A DNA stretch of 60,552 nt from assembly GCA_002633005.1 (NCBI GenBank), contig NMRA01000229.1, forward strand, positions 9,628 through 70,179. Direction: 5' to 3'. Shown here piece by piece: positions 35,140-48,479 of this stretch (within the stretch, counting starts at the first letter, position 1; every line of letters begins with the position of its first letter). Below the pieces are notes generated by a model. The model worked only from the letters and a program-made list of their open reading frames with translations. It did no database searches and was not told the DNA's origin. Source of the DNA: Phoronis australis (Eukaryota > Animalia > Phoronida). A program made the translations under genes and the position numbers.

Positions 35140-36133
35140 GTGAGATGTTTTTAGAGCTCCATGTAAACATAGTGATTGGGGGCAGCTCGATTCATGTCAG
35201 CCTTGTTTTATTACCTAAAGACGTTTTCAATAAAAGTTCATGAATTTTATTGAAATTCAACTCCGTTCACTGATATCATTATGTTGAAAATGATAAGTAG
35301 TCTGATGAATGTCATTTGCAAATTAGCCGGAAGTAATTTTTTTTGGAATTTTGTTGGAAAATTGGTAATTGCACACTGCTGAAAACACCCAGCCATGGGT
35401 ATTGAACATTGATTATGGGAACTACAATTAGTGACTGCTCCTTATGAGGCTAGGCAAAACTTGATAAAACTGTTGGGGGCTAATGACCAACTGGGAGGAA
35501 AGTTGAGTAAAAGGAAAGTAAAAATAATCAGAAAATGAGGAGCAGATCTGAAGAGAAACAGTAAGAAAATTTTTGACCAAATATTTCATGGATTTTCAAG
35601 ACGAGACTTCATCAACTTTTTTGAAAACTAACTGTTGGCCTGCAGCAATTTCAGAAAATGAATTTTGTGGAAATTGCTCTATATTTGCAGGCATTGTGAT
35701 CAAATTTTGAAGGAAATTAGAAGAAGATTCTTCTGAAAATTTTATGCAAATAGTCAACAACAGAAGAAAGTTGTCTCTTCTTGGGCACTTCCCAGTACGA
35801 AAATAAGCAAAAACTAAAATTAAAGATTATGGTGTCAGTTAAGTTGTTGATGGCTGTCTTGACTGCGTGGTTTATGTGGCTGCTGCAAGCTATTTTTAAT
35901 ACCAGTGTGAGACTCATTGATAAGGAACTAAGTATTAATGAGACATATTCTCCATTGACACTGCTGTGCTTCATGCATTCACATGTCTTATTTTCTTTGC
36001 GTGTTCATTCACCAGCTGATGTCTGAGCACAGCACTAGGTCAGATCAAAAGATTGCTGTATAAGTGATGGCTTCTGTGGGTATTTTGAATAGTTTGCTGC
36101 AGGTGGTTAAATCATTCACTCTCATCTTTGTAG

Positions 36134-36348
36134 GTGCATGGAGATTTGTGGTGCTGGACTTTGGCCACCCCATCCTCCTGACAGATGTACTTATCCCGTT
36201 GTGTTCCAACCTCGCATCACTTTCAATTGACACCTGTTGTGATGGTGAGTAAACCGATGGACAATGACTGGTGATAGCCCAGGACATCAGTTCACGCTCG
36301 CTAGTCATGAAGGACCTACTACCACCACCTATGTGCCGATATCTGAAG
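36134..36348 (+). pseudogene. BIRC6: BIRC6 exon
   Basis: tgtag|GAWRFVVLDFGHPILLTDVLIP..GE*TDGQ*LVIAQDISSRSLVMKDLLPPPMCRYLK|gtagc. Confidence 0.88.
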
Positions 36349-36707
36349 GTAGCGTGCAGTGAATGGAAGTTTTGAACACCTGACCTAGGTACTGATTCTC
36401 CACAATGTTGAGTGACTAAATGGCCTTTACTCTGGCTGCCAACTAACATCATTCGTATTTTTTCCTGGCTAGAACTTTTTTACTTCATCTGGTTTAGTTT
36501 GCTCAGTGATAAAGTCATTGCTGCTGTGTACATCTGCCACTTCTTGGGATGTCATTTGCTGCAGAAAAGCATCTAATGTCAAAGAAGCAGTCTGCCACTG
36601 ATTTTATATTGTTAGTAGAACTAATTTTTATGGGGTGGATTGTTAACATGGTTTTGTTGGCAAAACATTAACTAGCCAGTCAAATGTCTCGCCTCCTTGT
36701 TTTTTAG

Positions 36708-37467
36708 ATCACTTACTGTGGGCCGTTATGGTGCTGGCACATCATTTTCCTGTATCCCTATTGGTTCATTCTACTGCCATTCTTTCATCTTGCCTTGGTA
36801 GGCTGGCCAATCAACCAATAAGCCATCAAGTTCTAGCCTGGCCTTCAACTTGATGAGGAGTCACGGCTGTTTTCCCAGCTGGGTCTCTTGATGGGTCTTC
36901 AAGAAGATGCTGCTACAACCTCGCCTGTATTCGTGTGAACACTCTTGTGAGCAGCATAGACTTGAACGTATGAAGGTGTTCCGCCAGCACAGCGGGAGAA
37001 GTCGAAAGAGGACAGAAGCATTTTGCAGGCACTGAACAGTTGTGCAGCACTGCAGCTGCAGTTCAATCAGGCCTTGAGAGCCATAGAGAGGCTACAGGGT
37101 GCCTTGGGGATCCCATATGAGGCCAGTGTTGGCAAATCCACCAATTTGAGTGTGTTGCTCAGAAATGCCTTGTCTGATCAACTGCGTGTTCTCACGGAGC
37201 TTTTGCTGGACATACTTCTCCGCATGACTCACGTGACGCCATCAATACCTTGCGTGCCCAAGTCATTGTACCTAACCTGCGACCCGGCATTTACTGAGCG
37301 CCTGTTCAAGAGTGTGTGCATCATGGGTACCCGCCTGATGCAGGTGAGCTGCGGCATGTTGTTACTCCGCGTCTGTCATGGCCAACCATGGTGGGGAGAG
37401 TAACCCTCGGCAATGTCTTGCTGCACCTTTACAGCTCAGAACAAACCCTCGTCTTCCCCAAGGATAG
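36708..37467 (+). pseudogene. BIRC6: BIRC6 exon
   Basis: tttag|IT/frameshift/VGRYG..IPIGSFYCHSFILPW*..LQLQFNQA..LFKSVCIMGT..WWGE*..FPKD|gtagg. Confidence 0.85.
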
Positions 37468-37737
37468 GTAGGCAGTACAATGTATGTCTTACCATTCTTG
37501 TGGTGTTGATATGGCTTATGGTAAAAGGTGGAAAGTCTTGGAATGCTTGACACTTTTAAATTACTATTTTGACTTTTCTGCCTTTAAACTGGTGCACACT
37601 CATGAAGTTCCTTTTCTTTAATTGACATTTTTTTGTGATTAAAATTTCTCTTCCCTCGTAATATTCTCTTAGTTTAATCGTTCAATCTTCTCTTGCTGCT
37701 TGGTTTATTTGCGTACACTCTGTTGTTTCTTTTGTAG

Positions 37738-37881
37738 AGTTTTCATTTTGCTGTCGGCTCTAGGTCAAAGGTCACTTGTGACCAACGGAGGATCTGCAAT
37801 GATCGAGAGCTAGATGTCACACATGACCAGTCTGCTCACCCCCCCTTCAGAATAACCTGCACAGTTATTACTGGCAGAATG
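37738..37881 (+). pseudogene. BIRC6: BIRC6 exon
   Basis: tgtag|VFILLSALGQRSL..|gtatg. Confidence 0.75.
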
Positions 37882-38984
37882 GTATGTGTGAACATTACTT
37901 TGGTGTGGTTACGCCTAGTTGTCAAGTTAATGTAGTAAGCCAGTGAGGAGTTTTTGGTGAACACCTACTATGCTCAAAAAGAATTGAAAATTTGATGTTC
38001 GATTGACTTGCAGCCAATATGTTAGGTCAAACAGAACTAAGAAATTTTGTAAAATGGACATCATGGATATCAATCTGACAGAAAAATTCCCGGTTTGGGC
38101 CAAAATACTAAATGAGTGTAATTATATCAAAATCAAATTCCCTTATAGGTACTTAGTATGTTCTCATCAACGGTCTTATCTGGCTGTATTTCGCTTCTTT
38201 AAACCTTTAATTATAACAATGACTAATCAAAGCATTTGTCAGGTTATGCTCATGTCATTTAAATTAGCTAGTAGTGACTTGAATTTCACCCAATGAGTAA
38301 AGGGAATTTATATTATATTGTTAATAAGTTCACCACCAAGTGAAAAAGCCAAGTAGCAAAGTAAAAAGCGAACTGTAAAACATGCTATCTTTGAATGAAT
38401 ATTAGGTCATTTGGAGGGCTTCCTTGCAGTTACATTCGTCATATCATTTTTGCACATAAATTTCTTCATGTGATTGTTATTTAGATGTGCAGGTCCCTTT
38501 GCTATGCTATGCAACTGTGATAGATATTACACAAAATCCGTACAAACTTCCAACCCTCGGCTATTTGGATTTAGGTTCAGTTTACTGACTGCGTGACTAG
38601 TTGAGAATTGTAGTTATTGCCCTACAGCCTAACTGTGATCAAGAACTATGTTCAGGTAGTGGTTAAAGTTTGATCAATTACTTCTAATTTTATTTGGCTC
38701 TGGTGAAATCTTGTCCAAAGTTATGAAGAAAATCTTAAGTATAAATTGTAAATCACTCAATGTTACGTAATTGTATGACATAGAGCTGTTTGACCAGAAG
38801 ACATAATGTTTTTCTAGAATCACTGTAAAATGATAGCAGCTGTACTAAATGCTGCCAGTCAAGCAACAAACTATTGCCTTGTGAAAAATAATAAGTGTGC
38901 ATCCCTTTAATCCAATCTTCTTTTCAGAAGTCCTCAATTTGTTCTCAGTTTTTACGTAATGAAGTGTTTTTTGTGAAATTGCAG

Positions 38985-39113
38985 TGACCCTTGATCTGCC
39001 ACTTGTCATGTGGGTGTTGCTATTTTTGTCTCGTATCCTTGATAATACAACACCAGGCAGTTACACAGGCAACACTGCGGATGACTCAAGTGCTGCGAAA
39101 AGTAGTAAAGACG
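38985..39113 (+). pseudogene. BIRC6: BIRC6 exon
   Basis: tgcag|TLDLPLVMWVLLFLSRILDN..|gtata. Confidence 0.75.
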
Positions 39114-39417
39114 GTATATAATAAGTTTTACATCTTATTCTGTTACCGCCTTCTTGGTGTGAATCAATGTGTTCACCTGAATTTAACTCAACTTTGGAAA
39201 TTGAAAAGTTTTAATATTTGCTGTTCAAAGTGTCTCTGAAGCTACTGTTTAATCTTCATTGAAAATTTTGTTTTTGTTTAATATTTCCTTAGTTTGCTGT
39301 TAAGATTTCTAGCCAGTTTTTATATGTTGATATTCAGTGTCATTTCTTACCCCCTCTGTGTGGAGAACTACCATCAGTGAAGCATTCAGGTGAGATCACT
39401 GCTCTCCCTTGTTTCAG

Positions 39418-39622
39418 GTAACTGCACAGGTGGTGTGGGTGGCTCCACCCTCTGGGACTTCCTGTAGGGTGAGGGTGCCCTTCAGCCACGCCAGGGTCTG
39501 CTGCGCTTGACCCCCTCTAGCAAGGTGTACCGCTGTAAGCTGCAAAGGCGCCTACTGCATCACAAACAGCAGCTGTTGAGTTTGGAACAGGCAAAGAAAA
39601 AAATATGTTGCAATGCACAAGA
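39418..39622 (+). pseudogene. BIRC6: BIRC6 exon
   Basis: ttcag|..WDFL*..KVYRCKLQRRLLHHKQQLLSLEQAKKK..|gtgagt. Confidence 0.75.
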
Positions 39623-39965
39623 GTGAGTGTATGAAATGCAGTGAAAGGTCTTACATTATCGTTCTTTAAAACTTACAACGGAAGCTGGATATCCAATAAA
39701 GACTAATCTGCCACACATATTATGTAGAAGGCGAAGAGTCATTAAAATGAAAAGAATGATTTTATTATATAATTTTGTTGAGGAACTGTGTTTTTTGAAG
39801 TCGTGTATAATTAGTGCCAGTGTAAATGACTTGGAATTCCTGGAAAGTTTTACTTAAATAATATTATGTTCTGTTTCACTGTTGTGGTGTCTATTACTTT
39901 TCTTGTGCTGTCTTTTTTGTCTCTCTTCTAAATTTTTTTGATTTTACAAGAAGAATGTAGTTTCA

Positions 39966-40765
39966 TTATGCGCCCACATATTTATATGTGGACGCATTAT
40001 GCCGTCATCTCCGTCCGTCCGTCCGTCCGTCCGGGCGGCGTCCGTCTGGCGTTCGGTGTCCGGCGTTCGCTGCTTTATCTCCAAAACCCTTTGACATACA
40101 TTCATGAAATTTTTCACATATGTTCCATTTATGAATGGGACAGCATGTGCGAACTTTCGGACTGATCCGACTACCGGTGCGCCCCCTAGTGGCAATTTTA
40201 TTTTTTTACGCTTACCTTTGTTTCTTCAAAAGTCCTGAACGGATTTTCATGAAATTTGGTATGTAGGCACCTATTAGTGAGATGACGCTATCCTCCTGTT
40301 TTCAGATGGATTCGACATAGTTTGCGCCACCTAGTGGCCATTCTTAGTGTTTTCGAGTCCACCCCTCTATCAACCAAACCGCTCAAAGGATGATTGTGAA
40401 AATTGGCATGTATATGCTTACTNTGGCCATTTTTACTGTTTTTGAGTCTGTTTTTTGGCGTCCACCCCACTATCAACCAAACCGCTCTAAGTATGATTGT
40501 GAAAATTGGCATGTATGTTCTTACTATGAAGAGGACGGTTGACGCTGAATTTCCCATGACTTTGATTACTGTGGTGCCTCCTAGTGGCAGTTTTTTTTGC
40601 GCCCATGGCTGTATCTCCTAAACCGTTTGCAGGATCTTTACTAAATTTAGCAAGTGTATTTATGTGATGTTGACAATGGACGATGACGACTTTAGGATGA
40701 TTCTGACTACCGGTATGCCTCTAGTGGCAATTTTAGTATTTTACATTGACCTCTGTATTTTCATA
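39966..40765 (+). mobile_element. HINE-like element, same family as 26450 and 28897
   Basis: TTATGCGCCCACATATTTATATGTGGACGCATTA hairpin followed by (CCGT)n, then CTAGTGGCAATTTT repeats. Confidence 0.7.
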
Positions 40766-41173
40766 GGTCTTCAGGTGTATACTTTGTGTTACTTTGTCAC
40801 TATGAAGGAAAAGTTCCAAATAGAAATTTGTTTCTGGCATTCTAATGCTGTGCTAATCTCGTATGTTGGTAAATTTGTTTTTAATTCTATGTTTCTGTGG
40901 TGCTTTAAGCAACTGACGTATAGGATGTGCTTGTATTATGAAGATCACTCACATTTTGCCCCTAGCCTATTGAGGAGACAATGACCATGCCTTTCCATTT
41001 TGCAAAGTGCAACATACTACATATATGCCCTCTTGACTGGCCACTTTGTGGTACCAATAAACAACCCTAGAAGGATACCGTATACGGTGCAATTGTGGGC
41101 GCATTTCAACGCTCTGTGTTGCTCTTGTCAGTTTTGGAAACCACTGTTCTAAAAGGTAAATTTTTCAATGTAG

Positions 41174-41442
41174 ACTCAAAAGTGCAAGAGATGGATCTTG
41201 TGCAGAAGCTGAACGACGCCAGCAAGAAGGCGGCCGAGGCGCTGCTTAGTCAGAATGGGGACCAGGTGTTACCTAAGCAATTGAAGCAGCACTCGGCCAA
41301 GATGAGCACTTGTCACATCCTGGTCTTTGAGGTCATTAAGGTCATCATTAGCTGCAGAAAAACAGTGACCAAGAAGGAAATCACTAAAGGCTCCAATAGA
41401 ATAACTAGATGAAAACTAATTCTGGCCAAGAGCTGTCGGGGA
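41174..41442 (+). pseudogene. BIRC6: Probable BIRC6 exon
   Basis: tgtag|SKVQEMDLVQKLNDASKKAAE..|gtaagt; position fits between flanking exons; weakly conserved region. Confidence 0.55.
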
Positions 41443-41914
41443 GTAAGTCAGTATGGTGTTAGTTTTTAGTTGGTCATATAATATTCGTTTTTAGTTTTTG
41501 TCGTGTCAAACCTTATAATGTCTGACTTGTGTTACGTATATTGAAAGCTTTTTATTTAGATGCTTTTATTTTTCTGTGAGGTTTCGCATTTAAGCAGTAA
41601 AAGTTTCTAAAACTGTTTCACTGTAAGGGTTGATTGAAACTTTCTGCACTTTGTGCAGTAGTCGAAAGTTTCAGCACACAAAACAATGATTTAATATCCA
41701 TGTATTTTCGAGTGGAATCCATTTAAATTCTGGCTAAATGTCGAGAAAATCTTAACAAGTGTTGCCTCGTGCACATTTTCAAAACTGCGACAAATTGCTG
41801 TGCATGTCCTTTACATTAAAGAAGAAAATGTAATTCTGAGGTTTGATATCGTTGGGAAACATTTTTTCTTTCACTAATCTTAATGTAATGTTGCCCAACT
41901 TGTTCTCACCACAG

Positions 41915-42136
41915 CGCCTTAAGGATATCATTCAGATTTGCCACACTGATGGAGATTTACTCCGTAAACTCCCAAAAGATGGCGACGACTCTGCAGCCAG
42001 TGAAGGAGAGCCCCTACCTGATCTGTGCATTGTTCTGCCACGCGACAAGTGTCTCTCTGTTATTCGTGGAGTTGTGGTGCTCGTCCTGGCCTTGGAGTTC
42101 TCTTGTAATGTGGATCTTTTCTTGGTGGCTTGCAAG
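41915..42136 (+). pseudogene. BIRC6: BIRC6 exon
   Basis: cacag|RLKDIIQI..DKCLSVIRGVVVLVLALEFSCNVDLFLVACK|gtaat. Confidence 0.85.
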
Positions 42137-42717
42137 GTAATGGGACTGCCACGTAGTTTTCAAAACGAATTTTAGCAACGAAAATTTAGTATCTTCCAAA
42201 ATGTTTAATGACGTATCTTCTTGTAAAAAATAGGCAGAAATTCGGAGAAGAAATTTAGGGCGAATTTTGTGCTATATTTTTGCCGTTTTTTTCTGGACTT
42301 TTTTTCATAAATTCGGCAATGAAATTCCTCAACTTTTTTAAGTAATACAGAAACTGTATTATTATTATTACCATAGTTAATTATACTTTATTATCACCAT
42401 AGTATATTTATTACGTCCATAGTTACTTGTACTTGACATGGGGTTTAAGCTAGCAGATATACAATGTAGAAAGTCTTGTTCATGAAGTGCTGCTTGGTAA
42501 CATTACTACAGAACTGTAACACTGGTTTATAATACATTGTTGCTACATGCCTAATCCAGTGTTCAGTCATCATGTGTTCTGGGAACCAGTGGTCTCGTCA
42601 CATGTCATTATTCATGTAGAAGTTGCCATTAAGCTAGGCGCTGTTTGCCTTAGGAAGGAACACTCTGTTAAAGTATTGGTCTATTTAGTTGAAGCATTGT
42701 CTCATTGTTGTTGCAAG

Positions 42718-42901
42718 GTGATTGCCAAGATCACAACGACCACTCAGCCAGCCATCAGTAAGAGGCAATGACACAGGAGCAGTTAGAGAAGCCTATCCTA
42801 TTGTGCGCTAATGTGGAGTATAACCATGGCAACATTAGCTGGAACGGTCGGTGGGCAGGGCATGCCATTGTCTGTCTTTTGCAAGATATTCTTGAAGATA
42901 G
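42718..42901 (+). pseudogene. BIRC6: BIRC6 exon
   Basis: gcaag|VIAKITTTTQPAI/frameshift/TQEQLEK..EYNHGNISWNGRWAGHAIVCLLQDILE. Confidence 0.82.
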
Positions 42902-42964
42902 GTTTGTGTGCAAGAGATACGTTCTTCTGGCGCACGCGTGAACAAAGTTCCTCACCCATAATTA

Positions 42965-43104
42965 TGACTCACTCAGTTTACTGACTCATAGTCTGGTTCC
43001 TAGACTCACAAACACAGTGCACGGACTTCCTGTCTATGAGCCAGCAGCTGTATTTTTAGCTACGTCAGCAGCGTCTTGTGAGTCCGGCACAGTGTTTGAG
43101 TCAT
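42965..43104. repeat. Short imperfect inverted repeat (MITE-like)
   Basis: ACTCACAAACACAGTGCACGGACT ... AGTCCGGCACAGTGTTTGAGTCA. Confidence 0.45.
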
Positions 43105-43111
43105 ACCAGTG

Positions 43112-43310
43112 CCCTTACAAAAATGAACTTAAGTTTTCATTGAAAAACTTAAGTTTTTGATCTGAAAAAACTTAAGTTTTCTGAAACTTGGAACAAGTTT
43201 TTAGCCACAAACATAAGCCATCAAAACTTAAGTTTTTGAAAAGTTTTCCGAACATAAGTTTTGAAGGAACTAACTTTTGAAAACTGAAGTTTTCTAAAAG
43301 CAATAAGTTT
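43112..43310. repeat. Cluster of palindromic AAAACTTAAGTTTT motifs, probable end of a TIR element
   Basis: About 8 exact or degenerate copies after CCCTTACAAAAA; partner end not found. Confidence 0.55.
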
Positions 43311-44063
43311 CAATAGGACAGGCATTCAAAATTTTGTCACTAAAACAAGAGTGGAGTACAGTAACAAATTTAATGAATCTCATAAAGATTTAACACACTA
43401 GAGTTCTATTAACATTTCATTAACAGTGATTAATTGCAGAAAATAAAATTCACTTCCTTAAATACACTAGTTCCTTAAAATAAGTGAATATAAGTGAAAT
43501 GTCAAAATCTTAAAAACCAGAAACATTTCAAAAAACAGTTCATCAAGTGTCATGCATACAATGCTATGAAAACTAAATGAGGCTAATAATATATTCATAT
43601 TTGCATCGTTCTCAGTCTATGACAATTATGCGATAACTGAGGGAGCAAAATGGAATATACAAACAGAGAAATCACTACCAAATTATGAAACACAATCAAA
43701 GAAAATGTGATTACATAGCCAGAATGAACTGCGACAAAAGTTTACACGTAACTAAAAGTTTATCGACAATGGCCACCGATCTGATTTTGGGAAGTACAAT
43801 CCTTATGCTAGAAATAGTGCCTAGAATCACCTATCCATGTTTTCAACCTTAAAAATATCAGTTTATAAGTCAAAGTTTCGTTTTGTTGACAATCATAATA
43901 ATAGTAAATCCAATACACTCTATGGTACGAACAAGTTTCACTAAAAGTAACCCTAAGTACAACCTGGTTATACGAGATGGAAATAAGAAAACAGACCTTT
44001 GACCACAAAAGTATTCTTTTTCCTTTAATTTAAAGGTACTGAACTTCATTACACATATCTATA

Positions 44064-44497
44064 GGGCCTTCCATACTAACATCGACGCTTCGAAGTTTTT
44101 GGGAGTTAATGTCAGTATGAATGCTTAAACTTTGGTCCTGGATGGAAGCTAACAGCTCCAGTTAACTTCGCACTAAACAGGTGGATTTAAGTGCTTAGCG
44201 TCAACGCTGCCACGCAGTATAAACGATCAACTTCGGTCCTATCGAAGTTATTGCCGGGGCCACTGTTATCATTAACAATTGCATAGTATTGTGATGGCTA
44301 ACAGTTGCTTACACCTTGCTCTAATAATCACCAATCAATTTAAAAATAAGTGTATGTCAATTAACACATGTAAATGTTCCCAAATTGTCACATCTTAGTG
44401 TGCAGTGCTAGCGAAGCCAGAATGAATGGTCCAGGTAACTTCGCAGTATACGTCCATGCTCCGCTCAGACAAGAGTTAAGTCAATGTGAAAGGGCCC
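44064..44497. mobile_element. Harbinger-like MITE
   Basis: ata|GGGCCTTCCATACT ... TGTGAAAGGGCCC|tat. Confidence 0.5.
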
Positions 44498-45822
44498 TAT
44501 GCTAGACCACAAGCCACTTAATCTTCTTTAGCTGGATCTGCTCGCTTAGCTTTACAGGCAAACAATCCATGTTTTGTGACTGCAAACGCGCGTTTCTGAG
44601 CTCAGATAACTGAATTCATAGGTTCATGAGCTGCAGTTCATAAGTGCGTACGTTGTGTTGTCTGGGTAGCCTTCCTTATCCAACTTTTGTTGAAGGCACA
44701 CTGCAATAAAGACAACAAATTCTAATAACAGACGGGTAAAAGCTATCAGAATAAGACAACTTAACTTGCTGGATATTTACCGTGCTGTTTATACAACACT
44801 AATTTGTAAAACTTCCTGACTTATATACAGAGCCTAGAAAATAGTCTTCAAACTCAAAATTTAACCAATCACTCTCCAGGATTCAAGTGCAAGACTAGTC
44901 AGCAAGTTTACTCCAAGCAGTGTGTCAGTTTTCCACATACTGTTTTGAATGAAGTTTTAATCCTGGATTCGCGACATTCAAAACAATTTTATTCTACACA
45001 ACTTGAATACAAAACATGCACATAGTCACCTACCATGCTATCACAATCTAGAACAAACCGTGCATGTGACAAAACCTAATGTGTTAAAAAAAGTTGGACT
45101 TCACGCTAAGCAGGTATCGTGTTCTGTAACTTTTTAGTTCAAGTTCTATGACAAATTAATTAATATTTTTATCAAATGATAAAACTCTTAGCAACTGCAA
45201 TAAACTACAATTCCCATTATTTTTGTGAACTTTTCATTGTTTAATTCGTTAATCTGATAAAACAATGCACAACTCTACATAACGACCCCCCATTTTCTGG
45301 ATGTCACCATATTTGTACCGAACCCCACCCCCACGTCCGCCATAGGTGGGGGTTATACCGGGGATGCAGCCATCAGGATTTGAGTAACCGTGAAACAACA
45401 AACCAAAAAAGATTCACAGAGAGTAAGAATGCGTCTAGGCCCTGAGTGCACTGATGGGTAGCTGGAAGCTGCATGAAGTAACTATAGCTGGGTCGAAGGT
45501 CAAGGTTACTTTTATTATGATCCATTTTCAGGAAAACTTCATTTTATTATGGGGATTCTTTGAAGGAATTTTTGGAAAGGTGAGCTCCCGAGGTGCCTGG
45601 TATGAGTGCCTTTGTGGCCGTTTCAGAATCCCTTGATGAAACACAGGCAGTAGTCCAGTTTCTGGTTGCTGGGGAAAATGATACAGAGTGTGTCCCAAAA
45701 ATGTACACACTTCAACATCTGGGGTTCAAATTCAGTTCCCGTGGGTAACAGATTCTAAGCAGGCCTATTGCATGGTTACACCTTATTTTAACGTGGGTGT
45801 GCCTGTCATGACGTCCTTGGTG

Positions 45823-46065
45823 CATGTGCGCACCTTGGGGTTCTCGGGGCTCGGGGGGGCTCGATGGCAATGTGGGCAAAAAGGTAAGCCTCAGAGAAAC
45901 AAAATATCCAAGAAAAACGAGACAAAAGTCCACTAAAAAGACAGGATACGGCGTATGCACAATTCATAGTCCTGAACGAACCCCATATTCGTTTTTTTCT
46001 TAAGTAAAAGGTCCACATCCTCAAAAATTCGAGCCCCCATTAATTTTAGGCTGGATGCGCGAATG
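45823..46065 (+). mobile_element. MITE, CATGYGCGCACCCAG family
   Basis: CATGTGCGCACC..GGGCTCGGGGGGGCTCGA ... TTCGAGCCCCCAT..GGCTGGATGCGCGAATG. Confidence 0.75.
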
Positions 46066-47053
46066 CTCTGTGTGTAGTATGCACGGGAAATGCAAGCAAA
46101 CGATTCAGTTTTGAAGAACAAAAATTCATTGTGCAATACTACTGGAATCCAAAAACATCGAGGAAGTTCAAAGACAACCTTTCCAAGTTGATGACCAATA
46201 AGTTTCATTTTATTTATTTAATTACCTAAACTTTGTTTTTCATCTACGGTTTGTAACCTTAAAACCAGTAATCTAGTTCCTAAGCCAATAAACAATTGTC
46301 ATTTGAATTGTAAGAACATTTTAGGACACATTGTTGAGTTTGAGTTGTCCTAAATTCATCAATTTCGTTAAGACCTATTTCACATTTTCAAAATCGTTAA
46401 TTGTACTTTTATATTTGGGAATCTGATGACAGGTCGAATTTTCCCAATGTCGGCCTGCAATTAAATGCTTTGAAGTATTGTCATTTCTTACAAGATTAGC
46501 TTCTAATTGTCAAAAATCATCTTTCAGTCAGTCCACTTTTCGTAGATACATAAACATGTAAATCAGAAACCAACAATCAAATCCATGAGCAATGCGTTAA
46601 CCTTGATTTAATCCCCTGTTTGTGACTTTAAACAACAAATCTTGTACGGAAATTAAAAAGCAATGCATTTATTGTCATTTGAAGTTTGAGCAATTTTTTT
46701 TGGAAAGTGTCCAAATTTCATCAATGTTTTTGAGGATTATTTTAGATAGGCAAAAAGCGTCCAAGTGCACTTTACTATGTGGGGATGAGATTATAATTTT
46801 TTTCCGTATTCAGGCTTCAACTTAATTCCCTGAATTGTCATCTTTTCTTAATAGATTAACTTCTAATTACCAAAAATCAGCTATTAACCTGTCAGTTTTC
46901 GTAGATACATAAACATGTTTATGAACTTGGAGTTGGAAAAGTGAGTAATATTTTGAGGAAGCGTGTACACCTGGTGTGTTTTGGGAAAGGTAAGCTGCTA
47001 CATAATATCAGTCCTCACACCACAATGTTAACTGGCTTTGCATGCAATTGCAG

Positions 47054-47497
47054 TTCTTAGCATCTATGGAAGCAGAAGAAGTGCATAATGCTCTGGTCAC
47101 TGCCCTACCTCCATCCCAAGCAAAGGTCAATGATAGCCAATCACCACCCACCACTGCCACAGTCGATGACTCGCTGCATGTTGAAACTTCTGGTAGCGAC
47201 ACCTACCAGTCTATACCATCTGGCGAGATGTTGAGCCTTTGCTTTGATCAGATGTTCAGTTTACTACAGCTCCACTTTGTCGATGTTGACACTATACTCA
47301 AACTATGGTTCTGGCTGAACGACGATGCGCATGATGATGGCACCACCACTAGAGCTACACCTGGTGGTGCCATGGGTAAGTTAGTGACTTCACATGTGCC
47401 TAGTATCCAACTAAACCACAGCTCTGTCACCAGTCTCTTGGTTGCACTGGCCTGGTCCCCAGAGGTCTCTGTGCACACACGGGTGTTGGCCTCACAG
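47054..47497 (+). pseudogene. BIRC6: BIRC6 exon (5' boundary uncertain)
   Basis: FLASMEAEEVHNAL..MLSLCFDQMFSLLQLHFVDVDTILKLW..PSIQLNHSSVTSLLVALAWSP|gtttg. Confidence 0.82.
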
Positions 47498-47829
47498 GTT
47501 TGTTCAAGCTCGTCAGGAAATTGTTCATATTTGTTATAGTTTTACATTAATTAAAAATGCCTATATTTTTCATTTTTTTAAAACTGTTGTTACAATTCTT
47601 ACCCATGCTGTACACTAGTTCTTGATTTTTCTTCTTGGTTATCAGTGTCCTACAGTATACTGTCATTAACATTGCTCACAGTCATGTTGTTTATAACTTG
47701 TCAAAAATTTAAGCCAAAATAAATTAAATGTTAATTTTGCTGTTAAGGGGCCGGTAAGTGCCAATTTTTAGCATGGATTTTCGTCAGTGCTGTGGGTAGC
47801 ATGTAAATACTTATCGCGTGTTTTGTCAG

Positions 47830-47970
47830 GCACTGACCCTACTCAGTCGTCGTAGAGGAGACTGGCCAGACAGATGGGTTGGACACACCATCATCAACGA
47901 TTCCAACTTTCTAACAGTCCTCCTCAAGTTGATGAGTTCCTTGGACAACAGTTCCAGTGGAAACAATGAG
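47830..47970 (+). pseudogene. BIRC6: BIRC6 exon (last visible)
   Basis: gtcag|ALTLL..IINDSNFLTVLLKLMS..NE|gtaac. Confidence 0.75.
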
Positions 47971-48479
47971 GTAACCAAGACAAAAGTTATTGAACAAAAT
48001 ATCCTTCTTCCGTTGTTATAGCTTAGTCTATGAAACTGGCATATATGCATCTATTAGTGAGATGACGCTATCTTTCCATTTTCGGATGGATTTGACGTAT
48101 TTTTGGAGCTTTGTTAGAGCATACAAGTAAGGCGATTTTTTTTCAAATGAGACTATCTTATTTAGTCTCAAAGTCTGCGAAACGGTTCCGCACTTTTTTG
48201 TATCCACTTAGGGCCATAAAAATGGTATGAAACTACTCTATACCTTACACTAAACAATTGTTTACAATGTTACATATTTATTTCCTCCATTAGCATTTTC
48301 TTAATTAGAAGTTCAATTTTTGCCATGCGGAATATTACACACATTTTGCGGAATATTTCGCACATTTTGCGGAATATTACGCAATTGCAGAATATTGCGC
48401 ACGGTTTGTAGAATTCTGTGACTTGAGAAATAGTATGTATATTTTGTGGAATAATAATCAAAATAATAATTTATTTTTA

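Larger units (their letters stand above)
14936..47970 (+). pseudogene. BIRC6: Unprocessed BIRC6 (Bruce/Apollon) pseudogene fragment, central region, ~12 exons
   Basis: Recognisable BIRC6 peptides in the expected order: QQQKAKLE..TPKSTPLCMTPPVTPPN; VIERMHSG; FVVLDFGHPILLTDVLIP..LASLSID; GRYG; LFKSVCIMGT..WWGE; LDLPLVMWV; LHHKQQL; CNVDLFLVACKV; GNISWNGRWA; CFDQMFSLLQ..LAWSP. Many stops and frameshifts; no BIR or UBC exons seen. Confidence 0.9.

Noticed and set aside
45580-45748. Additional BIRC6 exon
   Set aside because: Coding-like composition and a short open frame, but no recognisable BIRC6 peptide or clear acceptor.
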